A DNA stretch of 64,000 nucleotides, taken from NCBI RefSeq assembly GCF_006345805.1, contig NC_042997.1:50902001-50966000 (forward strand), given 5' to 3'. A program made the position numbers and the translations under genes. Positions 1 through 12,792 of this stretch are shown here, piece by piece. The first letter of the stretch is position 1, and each line of letters begins with the position of its first letter. Origin of the DNA: Octopus sinensis (Eukaryota). The notes below the pieces were generated by a model, which saw nothing but the letters and a program-made list of their open reading frames with translations, did no database searches and was not told the origin of the DNA.

Positions 1-9
1 ATGATGATG

Positions 10-41
<32 letters not shown>

Positions 42-499
42 CATCATCATCATCATCATCGTTTAGCGTCCGTTTTCCATGCTAGCATGGGTATATATAT
101 ATATACACACACATATATATACGATGGGCTTCTTTCAGTTTCTGTCTACTAAATCCACTCACAAGGCTTTGGTCGGCCCGAGGCTATAGCAGAAGACACT
201 TGCCCAAGGTGCCACACAGTGGGACTGAACCCGGAACCATGTGGTTCATAAGCAAGCTATTTACCATATAGCCATTACTACATTATAATGTCTCAAACAA
301 TAATGCTATAATGCTTTCAAATCTATTCTCCAAATGTAAACAATATTTATTTCTGATTGTCTAAAAATGTAAGCAATTCCAGTGGATGAAATGAGTCTCC
401 TTTTGTGTGTAATACAGCATAATATTTAACCAACCCTTAAGCATTTAAACCAGCCACATCTAGTCCAAATATTCTATCTATTTTATGTTCATATTAACT

Positions 500-980
500 T
501 CGATGACTGGCATCCATGCTAGTGGAGCGCTAAGAGCACCATCCAAGCGTGATCATTGCCAGAGTGGCTAACTGGCTTCCGTGCCAGTGGTACGTAAAAA
601 AGCACCATTCGAGCGTGATTGTTACCAGCGTCGCCTTACTGGCACTTGTGTTGGTGGCATGTGAAGAAAACATTCAAGCAAGGTCATTGCCAGTGCTGCT
701 GGACTGGCTCCTGCGCAGGTGGCACATAAAAAGCACCATTTGAGTGTGGCCGTTGCCAGTACCGCCTGACTGGCCCTCGTGCCAGTGGCACGCAAAAGCA
801 CCTACTACACTCTCAGAGTGGTTGGCATTAGGAAGGGTATCCAGCTGTAGAAACTCTGCCAGATCAAGACTGGGGCCTGGTGCAGCTATCTGGTTCGCCA
901 GACCCCAGTCAAATTGTCCAACCCATGCTAGCATAGAAAGCGGACGCTAAATGATGATGATGATGATGATGACGATGATT
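500..980 (+). mobile_element. RTE 3' UTR-derived element (family B) with (GAT)n tail, inserted into a TTAA MITE
   Basis: gcacgtaaaaagcacc subrepeats, gagtggttggc(a/g)ttaggaaggg core; ttaac on both sides. Further copies at ~1207-1490, 3940-4190, 6115-6310, 7080-7390, 13380-14010, 24440-24655, 25190-25660, 39720-40045, 47415-47570, 60205-60435. Confidence 0.8.
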
Positions 981-1877
981 AACCAGATTTGGCCTCCCAC
1001 ACCTACTCTACAAATGTTGTTCTAAAACTAAATAATCCCATCATCGTAATCTTGAGGCTTTGAGATAATGCATGATTAATTCAAAACAATGTGAATGAAT
1101 AAGCATTGCATTTGGCAGAGGAATCAGAATGCGAAAAGGTGAAACAATACAGTCATATGTTCAATCCTTTAACATTCAGATTATTCTGTTAAATGCAGTG
1201 CTTATTCATCATCATCATCATCATCGTTTAACGTCCACTTTCCATGCTAGCATGGGTTGGACGATTTGACTGCACCAAGCTACAATCTTGATCTGGCAGA
1301 GTTTCTACAGTTGGATGCCCTTCCTAATGCCAACCACTCTGAGAGTGTAGTGGGTGCTTTTACATGCCACCAGCACAAGGGCCAGTCAGGTAGTACAGGC
1401 AACAGCCACGCTCAAATGGTGCTTTTTATGTGCCAGCGGCACTGGCAACGACCTCGCTCGAATGTTTTTTATATGTGCCACCAGCACAGAATTAATGAGG
1501 TATTGTCTTGTAGCTTCAGAATTTCAATGATATGGTTGTATACATCTTTAGGATGACATTGTAGGTTAGGTGTGAGAGGGTAGATCTGGTCACTATGAAC
1601 AGGTAGAATATCTGAACCTGATTTAGCTGGTTCAAATGCAAAAGGTTTAAGGAGCAGAATATTTAACAAAGGAAAAGAGTGGAATTAAGACATTTCAAAA
1701 ACCATAATGTCGTAAAGCATTACAATTATTGGTCTAGCATTTTAATATCTTGGCTATTTAGCCTCATCATGGTATCAAAAATAAAAAATAATTTTTTAAA
1801 ATTTAATAGTAAGAAAAAGTAGCAAATGAAGACACAACAATTATAATATGAACAGTAAAATCACTAAAAAAAATTAC

Positions 1878-1993
1878 CTGAGCTCTTTCTCCATCATATT
1901 TATATTCACAGGTAAATTCAGCCTCATCAAATTTTGCCAACACATCGCTGATACCTTTTGTGGGGTTCGCTAACATAGGCTTTAGAGGGATTC
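1878..1993 (-). CDS. LIG1: LIG1 exon containing motif I with the catalytic lysine (G|[38 protein letters not shown])
   Basis: ttttcag acceptor, gtaatt donor, 116 nt; KxDG adenylation motif. Confidence 0.97.
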
Positions 1994-2163
1994 CTGAAAA
2001 AAATTTACAATCTTTCTCAGAAACATTAAGAGATTCTCAAATGCAACCAATTTCATCTATTTCATTTAGTTCTTTCTTTACTTATTTGTGTATTTTTTTT
2101 TATTTATGTATTTTTAAAGGGGGATTAAAGAGTAATGAAAGGAAGATACCATGTAATCATTAA

Positions 2164-2379
2164 CCCTTTAGTATTTAAATTGACTATGTCTGGCCCAAAT
2201 ACTCTACCCTTTTTATGTCCAAACTGGCCAGATTCAGCCCCTTACGCCTATCCTACAATATCACTCCAGAAATAAACAATCTCATCATCAAAATTTCAAA
2301 GCTATGAGATAATTCAGGATTAATTCAAAATACTGTAAACAAGCATTACATTTGACAAAGTAATCTCAATGCTAAAGGG
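2164..2379. mobile_element. piggyBac-like MITE with TTAA target-site duplication
   Basis: ttaa|cccttta...taaaggg|ttaa termini; related copies near 432-1140, 23937-24160, 31396-31690. Confidence 0.7.
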
Positions 2380-2467
2380 TTAACAGATCATTGCCGCGTA
2401 TATCCAGTGGTTCGAATTCAAATCAGTTTGAAAGGGCCAACATGACACCAACAGCAGTAGCAGCAGA

Positions 2468-2871
2468 TTCTTATTTCTTTATTGCCCACAAAGGGCTAAA
2501 CACAGATGGGACAAACAAAGGGATTAAGTTGATTACATCGACCCCAGTGTGTAACTGGTACTTAATTTATCGACCTCGAAAGGATGAAAGGCAAAGTCGA
2601 CCTCGGCGGAATTTGAACTCAGAACGTAACGGCAGACAAAATACCTATTTCTTTACTGCCCACAAGGGGTTACACACAGAGGGGACAGACAAGGACAGAC
2701 AAATGGATTAAGTCGATTATATCGACCCCAGTGCGTAACTGGTACTTGTTTAATCGACCCCGAAAGGATTAAAGGCAAAGTTGACCTCGGCGGAACTTGA
2801 ACTCAGAATGTAACGGTAGACGAAATACAGCTAAACATTTCGCCCAGCGTGCTAACGTTTCTGCCAGCTCA
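2468..2871 (-). mobile_element. Two adjacent tRNA-derived SINEs of a second family (family C; Meta/MESC-like central domain)
   Basis: B-box gagttcaaattcc and central gtcgactttgcctttcatcctttcggggtcgataaattaagtacc; the domain name is from memory and should be verified. Confidence 0.75.
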
Positions 2872-5382
2872 CAGCAGATTCTGTCATTGTTATCCCCCAT
2901 CACTGGCAATGTCATCACTATCATTACAAGACTAATAATTACTTGATTTATTCTTATTGTTTTGCATCCACTTTATTACAGCCTAATCAGGAAGGCTTTC
3001 TCAGCATTTGCTCTTTTACAAATGTTATTTGAACAAATGTTTTTACAGCTGGATATTTTCCCTGCCGCTAAATGGCTACTTCAAGGTAAAAGTGGAACTG
3101 GTTTATCAAGTAAGTAGTCTGAGATATACAGAATTATATGCCATGCTCAAAAGCACTCGTAACCATTTGATCAATAGTTTAGCACCGCAACTTCAGAGTC
3201 TCTATTTGCTTTCTATTTGAAGCAAAAATTATTATAACCAAATCCATTTCTGGAACAGAAAAACAGATGTGGATGACTGATTCCAATCAATAAGATAATG
3301 GATGATCAGTAGTTTAGATACTGTCACCAGCAACTACATTGTGTCAGTGCTTAAGATAGTTTTTAAATGGACACAGTATACTAGGCTGTAAATAGAAACC
3401 ACAGAATGTAAATGAACCCCACTTAGTATTAAATGTCCAATAGTTCTGTTAGGCTGCAGTAACAGGATCAATTCCACAGATGGAAAAAAGTTATCTATGA
3501 TAAACTAGGAGTCTTATCAAGTGAGAAATTTGTTGTATCTACCAAGCATCATGGAAACTAGAGATAAACACCAACCCAATTAGCCACAAAGGTTCCTCAG
3601 ATTGCAAACATTAACAACCTTAATCTCATATACTTAGGCTCAAGTTGAGGAGTGATGTATCTCTTTATATTCATTAACAAAAAATATTACCATTTCTGAG
3701 TGACCATGTCCTTTACAGCAGCATACCTGTTTCTGTCCTCAATTCTGAAATCTCTCTCTTTCTCTCTCTCTCTCTGGCCAGGTAACCATGTACCTCCTCT
3801 GCAGCAACACACCTGTCTCTGTCTCGCTATAACTTTTCATCATTTGATACAAGATCCCCTCTTCCAATGCCGCCTCCCCTCTCAAAGGTCTTGCAAGTTA
3901 CTTGGTAACCCTGCAGGTGTTGGTGCCACTTCAAAAGTATCCAATATACATTGTAAAGCGGTTGGTGTTTGGAAGGGTATCCAGCTGTAAAAATCTTGCC
4001 AAGATTGACCTCACCTGTGCTTGTGCCACATAAAAAGCACTCGGTCCACTCTGTTGGGTGGGTGGTAGGTGCTAGGAAGGGTAACCAACCGTAAAAACCT
4101 TGCCAAAACAGACACAGAGGTCTGGTGCAGACTCCTGTCAAACCATCTAATCCATGCCAGCTTGGAACGTAGACGTTAAGCGATGATGTAGATTAACCCT
4201 TCTTGTACCAAACTGCCCAAGACTGCTCCTGGATTTATGATACAAACTTCTTATCTTAACGTAAGCTAAATTAAAACCTTGCATAAAAATTTCATATTAA
4301 TGTTCCAAACTCCAGTTTAATAATGATAAAGTTATTTTACTAAATTATTTATTATTACTAAAATTAATTAAAACAAAGGCAGTGTATTTCAACAGGTATT
4401 AGGTAACAAAAGAGTCAACACTCGCTCACCATCTGAGAACTATAAAAACACTAACCATCATGGATTTGATAAGGTAATGAAGCAGCCTGAAAGTAAATTG
4501 CAAACCCTCTATCTTATTTCTATATTGCCCACAAGGGGCTAAACACAGAGGGGACAAACAAGGACAGACAAAGGGATTAAGTCGATTACATCGACCCCAG
4601 TGTGTAACAGGTACTTAATTTATCAACCCCGAAAGGAAGAAAGGCAAAGTCGACCATGGCAAACCCTCCATCTTAATAGACAGATAGCAGTATTCATTGT
4701 TGTTGATAGATATTTTCTTTATAACTGAATCTTTCATAGTATTTACTATTTAATTAGTATTAGACAAAGGAGGCATTCCAGTCATGACCATTCCATTTTT
4801 TTTCTATATCAGTCAACCGAGTCCTTCTTGAAGACAGCAAGATTTTACTTGAAGGAGGCTGAGCTGCTGCTTCTCACAGGTTGAGCAACCATAAAGATGC
4901 TCCCTTATTAGCCGAGGAAGATGACAATGAGTATAATTGATGATGATGATGATGAAGATAAAAGAGAGGATGGCATTGGTAGTAATGGCTTCAAATTTTG
5001 GCACAAGGCCAGCAATTTCGAAGAGAGGAGTAAATCGATTACCTTGACCCCAGTACTCAGCTGGTACTTATTTTATTTTATCGACCCCGAAAGGATGAAA
5101 ACCAAAGTTGACATGGGCAGCATTTGAACTCAGAACACAAAGACAAACAAATCGTCAGCTCACTATCTTAAAGACCGATGAAATGCTACTCAGCCATTTT
5201 GTCTGGTGTGATGACCGTTCAGCCAGCTTGCTGCCTGAATGGCATTGATGATAATAATAATAATAACAATGAACATGATGGTGATGATGATGATGATGAT
5301 GAAAATGAGGACTAATGAGTGTTACAATCACAGTGATGACAACAATGATTACTGAAAGTAACGATGATCCTTTCTATTATGT

Positions 5383-5780
5383 AGGCAGAGGAGTGGCTGT
5401 GTGGTAAGAAGCTTGCTTACCAACAACATGGTTCCGGGTTCAGTCCCACTGCATGGCACCTTGGGCAAGTGTCTTCTACTATAGCCTCGGGCCAACCAAA
5501 GCCTTGTGAGTGGATTTGGTAGACGGAAACTGAAAGAAGCCCGTCGTATATATGCATATATATATATGTGTGTGTGTCTGTGTTTGTCCCCCCCAAATCC
5601 CTTGACAACCGATGCTGGTGTGTTTACGTTCCCGTAACTTAGCGGTTCGGCAAAAGAGACCGATAGAATAAGTACTAGGCTTCCAAAGAATAAGTCCTGG
5701 GGGTCGATTTGCTCGACTAAAGGCGGTGCTCCAGCATGGCCACAGTCAAATGACTGAAACAAGTAAAAGAGTAAAGAGTA
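5383..5780 (+). mobile_element. Full-length tRNA-derived CORE-type SINE (family A)
   Basis: tRNA-like head with B-box ggttcagtccc, CORE-like accttgggcaagt, central (TA/TG)n, 3' tail ...gactgaaacaagtaaaagag. Confidence 0.85.
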
Positions 5781-6280
5781 TATACACAAGGCTTGAAATT
5801 ATAGGGAAGGTGGTGGGGGCTAGTCGATTATAGTAACCCCAGAGCATAACTGGTACTTATGTTATCGATCCTGAAAGGATGAAAGGTAGAATCTACCCCA
5901 GAATGCAAAATCATGAAATGCTATTAAGCACTTAGTCTGCCAGCTGGTCACCTTACTGTACTCTCTTTCTTATTTTCTCTTTTAATTGTTTCAGTCATTT
6001 GACTGCAGCCAAGCTGGAGCACCAGCTTAATGAACCCAGAACCATGTGGTAGGAAAGCAAGCTTCTTCCCATACAGCTACGCCTGTTCTTCTTCTTCTCT
6101 TCTTATTATTTTTTTATGGCACGTAAAAAGCACCCACTACACTCATGGAGTGGTTGGCGTTAGGAAGGGCATCCAGCAGTAGAAACATTGCCAGATCAGA
6201 CTGGGCCTGGTGCAGCCTTCTGGCTTCCCAGTCCCCAGTTGAACCATCCAACCCATGCTAGCATGGAAAGCAGATGCTAA

Positions 6281-6312
<32 letters not shown>

Positions 6313-6338
6313 TTATACTTTGTTCAAGATGTACCTAC

Positions 6339-6424
6339 CTGGAGTCAATTTACACTTATTTGGTAGTTCATCAATACCATCTGAGAGAAGAACCTTAATT
6401 ATAGCATCGTAATTTGGACATTCG
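6339..6424 (-). CDS. LIG1: LIG1 exon (C|[28 protein letters not shown]|G)
   Basis: ttgcag acceptor, gtaggt donor, 86 nt; phases match both neighbours. Confidence 0.93.
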
Positions 6425-8076
6425 CTGCAATTAACAAACACATACATGAGCAAAGAAGACTAAAGACTGGCAAACAAGAATAAAGACAAGCAAATGATTG
6501 AACAAAAGGAAATCATTAACGTTGTAGGAGTACTGTAGTGGCCAGTGATAGCAACAGCAAAAATGAGGTACGTTTGTTCAGTTCATTAAAGAAAAGCTAT
6601 ATTCCAAATACTGTTGAGACAAACTAACAGGCCTCATTACTGCTTTTAACATACAAATATTCCACAAAACAATTTTGATTAGCGTAAAACTTATTACATC
6701 TGATCAATAAATCATGTCTCCTAAAAAAACAAAAAACATAAGAAAATGAAGAGGAAAGGCTATTTTATTCACATTTAGAAAAAGGGAGAAAGAGAGGGTT
6801 TATGAAAGAGAAAGCAGGAATTGCTGAGAAATAGAAAAGATATTGAGAAATGTAGAGACATGAAGGCTGTTATTGGAAAAGATAAAAGGGAGATACAACT
6901 GTAGTGAGGAAGTGTTAGTCATTGAAGCATAAAGTTTTCTTTTGGAAAACAGTCTCAGAATACTGATGTTGAAAGGAGATCTTATAAGCCTCAATATGGA
7001 AGCAACACTGCCTTGAGTAGTGGAATTAACCCTTTACCATTCAGGTTACTCTGTCAAGTGTGATGTTTATTTATTCATATTATCATCGTTTAACATCTGC
7101 TTTCCATGCTGGCATGGGTCGGACAGTTTGACTGAGGACTGGCAAGCCAGGAGGCTGCACCAGACTCCAACCTGTTCTAGCAAAGTTTCTACAGCTGGAT
7201 GCCCTTCCTAATGCCAACCACTCTGAGAGTGTAGTGGGTGCTTTTTTAAATGTGACCGGCATGGGAGGCCAGTGAGGCAGCACTGGCATCAACCATGATC
7301 AAATGGTGCCTTTTATACATGCCACCAGCATGGGAGCCAGTCTGGTGGCATTGGTATCGACCAGTCAAACGATACTTTTTATGTGCCAAATTAATCATGC
7401 ATTATCTTATAGCTTCAAAATTTTGATGAGGAGCTTGTTTATTTTTCCAGTGACATTATCGAGTGGGTGTGAAAGGCCAGATGTAGTCAATTTGAGCACA
7501 TTAAATGCTAAAGAGTTAAATGTCCACAGATTGAGTACAGTTGTTAGCCTTATAAACTGAACAACTGTTGGTTGTTTCAGATGAGACTCTTAATCCAAAT
7601 ATAGTGTTTAAATCTTGTTTAACTTATAGCAGCTTGTGATAATATTGGATTCAGAATTCTAATTACCTTAGTTAACTTTACAGTAAAACTTGTTAACATA
7701 GGACAAACTAGAACAAATTCTGCCAATGTGCTGATTTTATGAACCATCCTCCTATATTTGAATGGAGAATAAAAATAAACCTAATTATTAACTTCGTTAT
7801 AACTTGAAATAAAACATCAAATCTCTGTGTTTTCATAATCAGTAGAATCCACCAAAAATAATCCAATTAACTCCAGGGAATAAAAAAAAAATAGGATTTG
7901 TAACATTAATGATTTTGCTCAAGGATAAAACGGGAAATTAGAAACTGATGCTGGGCTACAGATTTGGCCTTCTGATTATGTAAGCATAAGTGTTTGTATG
8001 TGTGTTTGTGTGTGTGTGTGTGTGCATCTCTCTCACACACGCACACATTCAGAGTGATAATTCTAAGTGAACTTAC

Positions 8077-8176
8077 CAGTATGTTGTTTTAATGGCAAGG
8101 ACTGACTCTTCTACCTTCTTCTTCAGGCTATCAGCTGACAAACTTTTCCCAGCATTGACAATCACAGGTGGGTAAG
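8077..8176 (-). CDS. LIG1: LIG1 exon (A|YPPVIVNAGKSLSADSLKKKVEESVLAIKTTY|C)
   Basis: ctgtag acceptor, gtaagt donor, 100 nt; phases match. Confidence 0.92.
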
Positions 8177-8726
8177 CTACAGTTACAAAAAATAAAAAAT
8201 TACATTATGAAATTTTTCCAACACTAAGAAAAGGAAGAAAGCAATTAAAAAAGAATTATAAAAAATAACATAGGCATGATCAATTTTAAATCATCATTGT
8301 GCTTTGTTTCTGGTTCTAAAAAGAAAGCTGAGCTCTTCGAAAAGATGAATTAAGATAGCTGTTCTTTTATATTTTTTAAGTACCAATAAGTAAAAGGTGC
8401 ATGACTAAGAATATAGTTTAGACTTCCAGAGTGAGTGGTGAATTCTTTCTTGACCTAAACACTTCAGTCCACTCAGCTGTAGATGAGTTCCAGCAATAGT
8501 TGCAAAGTTAAGCCTGTGATGGACTAGCATCCCATCCAGGGATGGAGAGTGTGGTGGGAGGTGTAATTTGAGGCACATATACACCATAGAAACTGGGTTA
8601 AACTCTGGTCTTATGAGTTTGAGACCTCATGACAGCTTTAAGTCTAATAAGTAAATGCTAGAAAGAGTTAGAGTCAGAGGAGATAAAAAAACATGTTTGA
8701 GTGAGCAAAAATGAAATAAACTTTAC

Positions 8727-8895
8727 CTTGACCAGGAGGAGACAAAAATATAGCACTACCCAAAGCTGCTAGAACAGATTGTTCAGCTAGGCCAATACGC
8801 AGTTTCCCACCAAGGGACCTTATGAGAAACCGAGCCTCTGATGAACGACATGCCACAAACATGACTTTAATTTTGTCGATTTTCTTTGACATTAC
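8727..8895 (-). CDS. LIG1: LIG1 exon ([56 protein letters not shown])
   Basis: cacag acceptor, gtaaag donor, 169 nt; conserved EARF..RSL.G.LRIG motif. Confidence 0.97.
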
Positions 8896-9055
8896 CTGTG
8901 AGAAAAATTAAAGAAATTAACAGAATAAAAAAAAAGAAGTAAAGCAGATTATTTGCTATGAAATAAGAGAAAAATAGATACACAGAATGTAATGATTTTA
9001 TAAAAAAAAACTATAATTTTTATTTCCAAACACCTAAGTAAGGTTTTGTCTGGGT

Positions 9056-9390
9056 AGTCATTTTCTTTTTGTGCCTTATTATGTAACACACTCACTGGTA
9101 AAATTTCCACTTATTTCTTATTTTTATTTTCCTAAAATTTTCGTTGCGTCTTGCAACCTTTTCAATAGTCTTGACTCTAAAAAGACTTTCAAGAGTCAAG
9201 ACTATTGAAAAGGTTGCAAGACGCAACGAAAATTTTAGGAAAATAAAAATAAGAAATAAGTGGAAATTTTACCAGTGAGTGTGTTACATAATAAGGCACA
9301 AAAAGAAAATGACTCTCCCCAGACACAACAGAATATGCTTCAACACACAAACTCATATAAAGAATCTTGCAAACCAAATCCAAAAACGAA
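9056..9390. mobile_element. Palindromic MITE: perfect 123-bp arms 9056-9178 and 9192-9314
   Basis: Arms checked base by base; related internally deleted copy at ~61262-61512. Confidence 0.8.
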
Positions 9391-10049
9391 ATAAGTAAGG
9401 TTTGTTCTTCTCTATCATAAAAGCATAAGACTCAGTTTTATTTTACTTTTTATTAACACACATTTCTCAATCACTACTATAACAGAATAGATTTTTAGGC
9501 CATTAGACTCCTTCAAGCTTCTATTTTATATAATGTCAAACCTTATTTACAAGTTTGTAGGTCACCCTTAGGTTAAGTACCTCGTTATATATTTCATTAT
9601 AGTCTCATTCTTTGTCTTTTTTATCTTCAAAGTTTTCCAACATAAAACCCATTGTTTTCTTTTTTTGAGGTGGGGGGAGGGGTTAATCCAGATGACTAGC
9701 TGGGTTTACTTGATAAATACAGATCAACTTTTAATAAAGATTTGTGTTTGTGATGGTATTAATATGAGATGAGTTCAGGCAATCACAGAGGTCCATTACA
9801 GAAATCATTAACAACTTGCACGTCCAAAGATAAAGACCATATGCACGATGGCCAGATATTTATTCAACATCAAATTTGATTGCACCAATCCATGTTTTCA
9901 GCTGTCGACTTACCATTTATGACATCCCAAGAAAAGCTATGACGTCACTGCATCACAGATGAGTTCACCCTGTGTACAACAAAGTGTGTGACCAAACCAG
10001 ATGTAGTTTTTGAGCAAGAACTGTTCAAAGAATCCAGCTTGACAATAGC

Positions 10050-10400
10050 AGGGATGCTGTCAGTAAGGTGAGGTTTGGCAATGAGTATAGTAAAGAATTC
10101 CAGGTAAGAGTAGGGGTCCACCAAGGTTCCCCCTCTTATTCATCACAGTCCTCCAGGAATTCAAGACAGGATGCCCCTGGGAGCTCCTCTATGTTGATGA
10201 CCTTGCTCTAATAGCTGAGTCACGACCAGAACTAGAGGCAAAGTTTCAGGTGTGGAAGCGAGGTCTAGAGTCAGTCTAGCAAAAAAACCAGTCTTAGTAA
10301 GTAGGAAGGCAGACAAATCACAAATCTCTCCAGGTAGATGGCCGTGTTTGATCTGTAGGAAAGGCATAGGTAGAAACTCCATAAGATGTACCCAGTGTAA
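10050..10400 (+). mobile_element. RTE reverse-transcriptase internal fragment
   Basis: KVRFGNEYSKEFQVRVGVHQG...PWELLYVDDLALIAES. Confidence 0.8.
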
Positions 10401-10404
10401 CTTC

Positions 10405-10775
10405 CCAACCACATGTTCTTGGTTCAGTCCTACTGTGTGGCACCTTGGGCAAGTGTCTTCTACTATAGCCTCAGACCAACCGAAGCCCTGTGAGTGGATT
10501 GGGTAGATGGAAACTGAAAGAAGTTGGTCAGAAAAATATATGTATATGTATATCTATGTGTGTCTTTGTGTCTGTGTTTATCCCCCTATTACTGCTTGAC
10601 AACCGGTGTTGGTGTGCTTACGTCCCCGTACCTTAGCAATTCAGCAAAAGAGACCAGTACAATAAGTACCAGGTTTAAAAAATAAGTACTGGGGTCGATT
10701 CATTAGATTAAAAATTCAAGACGGTCCCCCAGCATGGCTGCAGTTTAATGACTGAAACAAGTAAAAGATAAAAGA
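10405..10775 (+). mobile_element. SINE family A, diverged copy
   Basis: CORE-like segment and tail present. Confidence 0.75.
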
Positions 10776-10800
10776 TATAATAAATAAAAGAAATACTCAC

Positions 10801-10902
10801 TGAGTTTCCAGTCATGAGGGCAATCTCTTTCAGTTTAGAGAAGACACCAGCAATGGTCAGTTTTGGTGGAGCAAACATGGTCCGTTGATTGCTACGACTT
10901 GA
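10801..10902 (-). CDS. LIG1: LIG1 exon ([34 protein letters not shown])
   Basis: tcatag acceptor, gtgagt donor, 102 nt, phase 0-0. Confidence 0.95.
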
Positions 10903-11202
10903 CTATGAAAACAGAACAAATATATGCAAAATGATGAAAATATAGAAATATTGAAGAACAAGGAAACATACGTAAGAAGAATGCAAGATTACTATATTCA
11001 TTACATGAAATATCAGTAAAGTTCAAGGGCTTCAGTTAAAGGACACTTAGTGTCATCCGATGGATGATGAGCCTTTGTGCCTGAAATTATAAAAGTTACT
11101 AAACTTTTCCCTTTACGCATTGTAAGAAACTCCCCATCTTCACCATTTTGTTATTTTATTATTTGTTTGTTTATAAGGTATCAAGCTGGCAGAGTAGTTA
11201 GC

Positions 11203-12045
11203 ATGCTGGCTGAAATGCTAAGCGGTATGTCGCCTGTCGCTACATTCTGAGTTCAAATTCCACCAAGGTCGGCTTTGCCTTTCATCCTTTCAGGGTTGAT
11301 GAATTAAGTACCAGTGAATCTGTCAACATCAATGGAATTTGTAGCTGTGATACCAGTGCCGGTGGCATGTAAGAGAACCATCCGAATGTGGCCGTAGCCA
11401 GCGCCGCCCAACTGGCATCTGTGCTGGTGGCACGTAAAAAGCACCATCCAATCGTGGCCGTTTGCCAGCTACGTCTGGCACCTGTGCCAGTGGCACGTAA
11501 AAAGCACCATCCGATCATGGCCGTTTGCCAGCCTCGTCTGACACCTGTACCGGTGGCACGTAAAAAGCACCCACTACACTCACGGAGTGGTTGGCGTTAG
11601 GAAGGGCATCCAGCTGTAGAAACACTGCCAGATCAGACTGGAGCCTGGTGCAGCCTTCTGGCTTCCCAGACCCCAGTTGAACCGTCCAACCCATGCCAGC
11701 ATGGAAAGCGGACGTTAAACGATGATGATGATGATGATGATGATGATGAGACACTGGGGTTGATGTAATCAGCTCATCCCCTCCCCACAAATTTCAGGAC
11801 TTGTGCCTTCAGCAGAAAGGATTATTATAAAAGGCAGTGAGCTGCCAGAATGGTTAGCACGTTGGACAAAATGCTTAGAGGTATTTTGCTCTTTGCTACG
11901 TTCCGAGTTCAAATTCCGCCAAGGTCAACTTTGCCTTTCATCCTTTCGGAGTTGATAAATTAAGTACCCGTGGAACACTGGGGTTGATGTAATCGACTAG
12001 GCCCTCCCACCAAATTTTGGGCCTTGTGCCATTAGTAAAAAGGAT
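11203..12045 (+). mobile_element. SINE family C copy split by an RTE 3' UTR insertion (~11340-11750), followed by a second family C copy (~11833-12045)
   Basis: Head and central domain, then the RTE tail with (GAT)n, then resumption at acactggggttgatgtaatc. Confidence 0.75.
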
Positions 12046-12573
12046 CCTTTGTTTGTTTTCTTCTTTTTTAGTACTACTGCTCGTATCCCTACTGCAACAG
12101 CCTCTGCTCCCCTGAACTAGTTGTTAGTATAACCACACCACTTAGGCTCAGCTGCATACTCTTACCAGACAGATCTAGCTACACACCATCTTCAACCTAA
12201 TCTTAGCTGTATACCTTCATTACCAAGACCTAGCTATATACCCTAACTAATCCAGGATTAGTAATATATCCTCACCTGCTAAGCCTAGCTACATACACTC
12301 TTAACCCTCACCGTCCAGATTTAGCAGCATATCCTTTCTACCCAGGCTTAACTTCATACCCTTAAACCCATCACTGTCTTGAAAGAAGACAGTTAATCTC
12401 TTCAAGAATATGTACACTTTACCTTTATCAGGTAACTTTTTTTGCAGAAAAGAATCATCAAGCTAAGTAAAATTGCTGTCTTCCACACATAGAGGCTTGT
12501 GCCACATAAGAAGCATCTGTGCTGGTGCTGCACAAATGCACCCATGCCAGTGGCATGTAACAACTACTGTTAA

Positions 12574-12792
12574 CCCTTTTGTTACTGCATTTATTTTGAG
12601 ATGCTCTGTGTTTCTTTCAATTACTTTAAATATAACAAAAATTTAGTAAAATAACTTAGTCATCATTCAGCTAGTATTAGGAACATAAATTGTGACTAAG
12701 GTTTAGTGGAAGATTTTAATTCAGAACTTATGAAAACAAGACATTTGTAGTCAGAGCCAGAGCTGGTTTCAGCTGGGTTGGTAACGAAAGGG
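12574..12792. mobile_element. piggyBac-like MITE, second subfamily
   Basis: ttaa|cccttttgttac ... gtaacgaaaggg|ttac terminal inverted repeats; related copies near 4195-4418 and 25037 onward. Confidence 0.65.

Noticed and set aside
5383-5460. tRNA-like sequences at SINE heads
   Set aside because: A/B-box heads of SINEs without a complete cloverleaf; not tRNA genes.
11050-11095. Degenerate hammerhead-like GATGATGAG...GAAA
   Set aside because: Core lacks CUGA and I could not build supporting stems.
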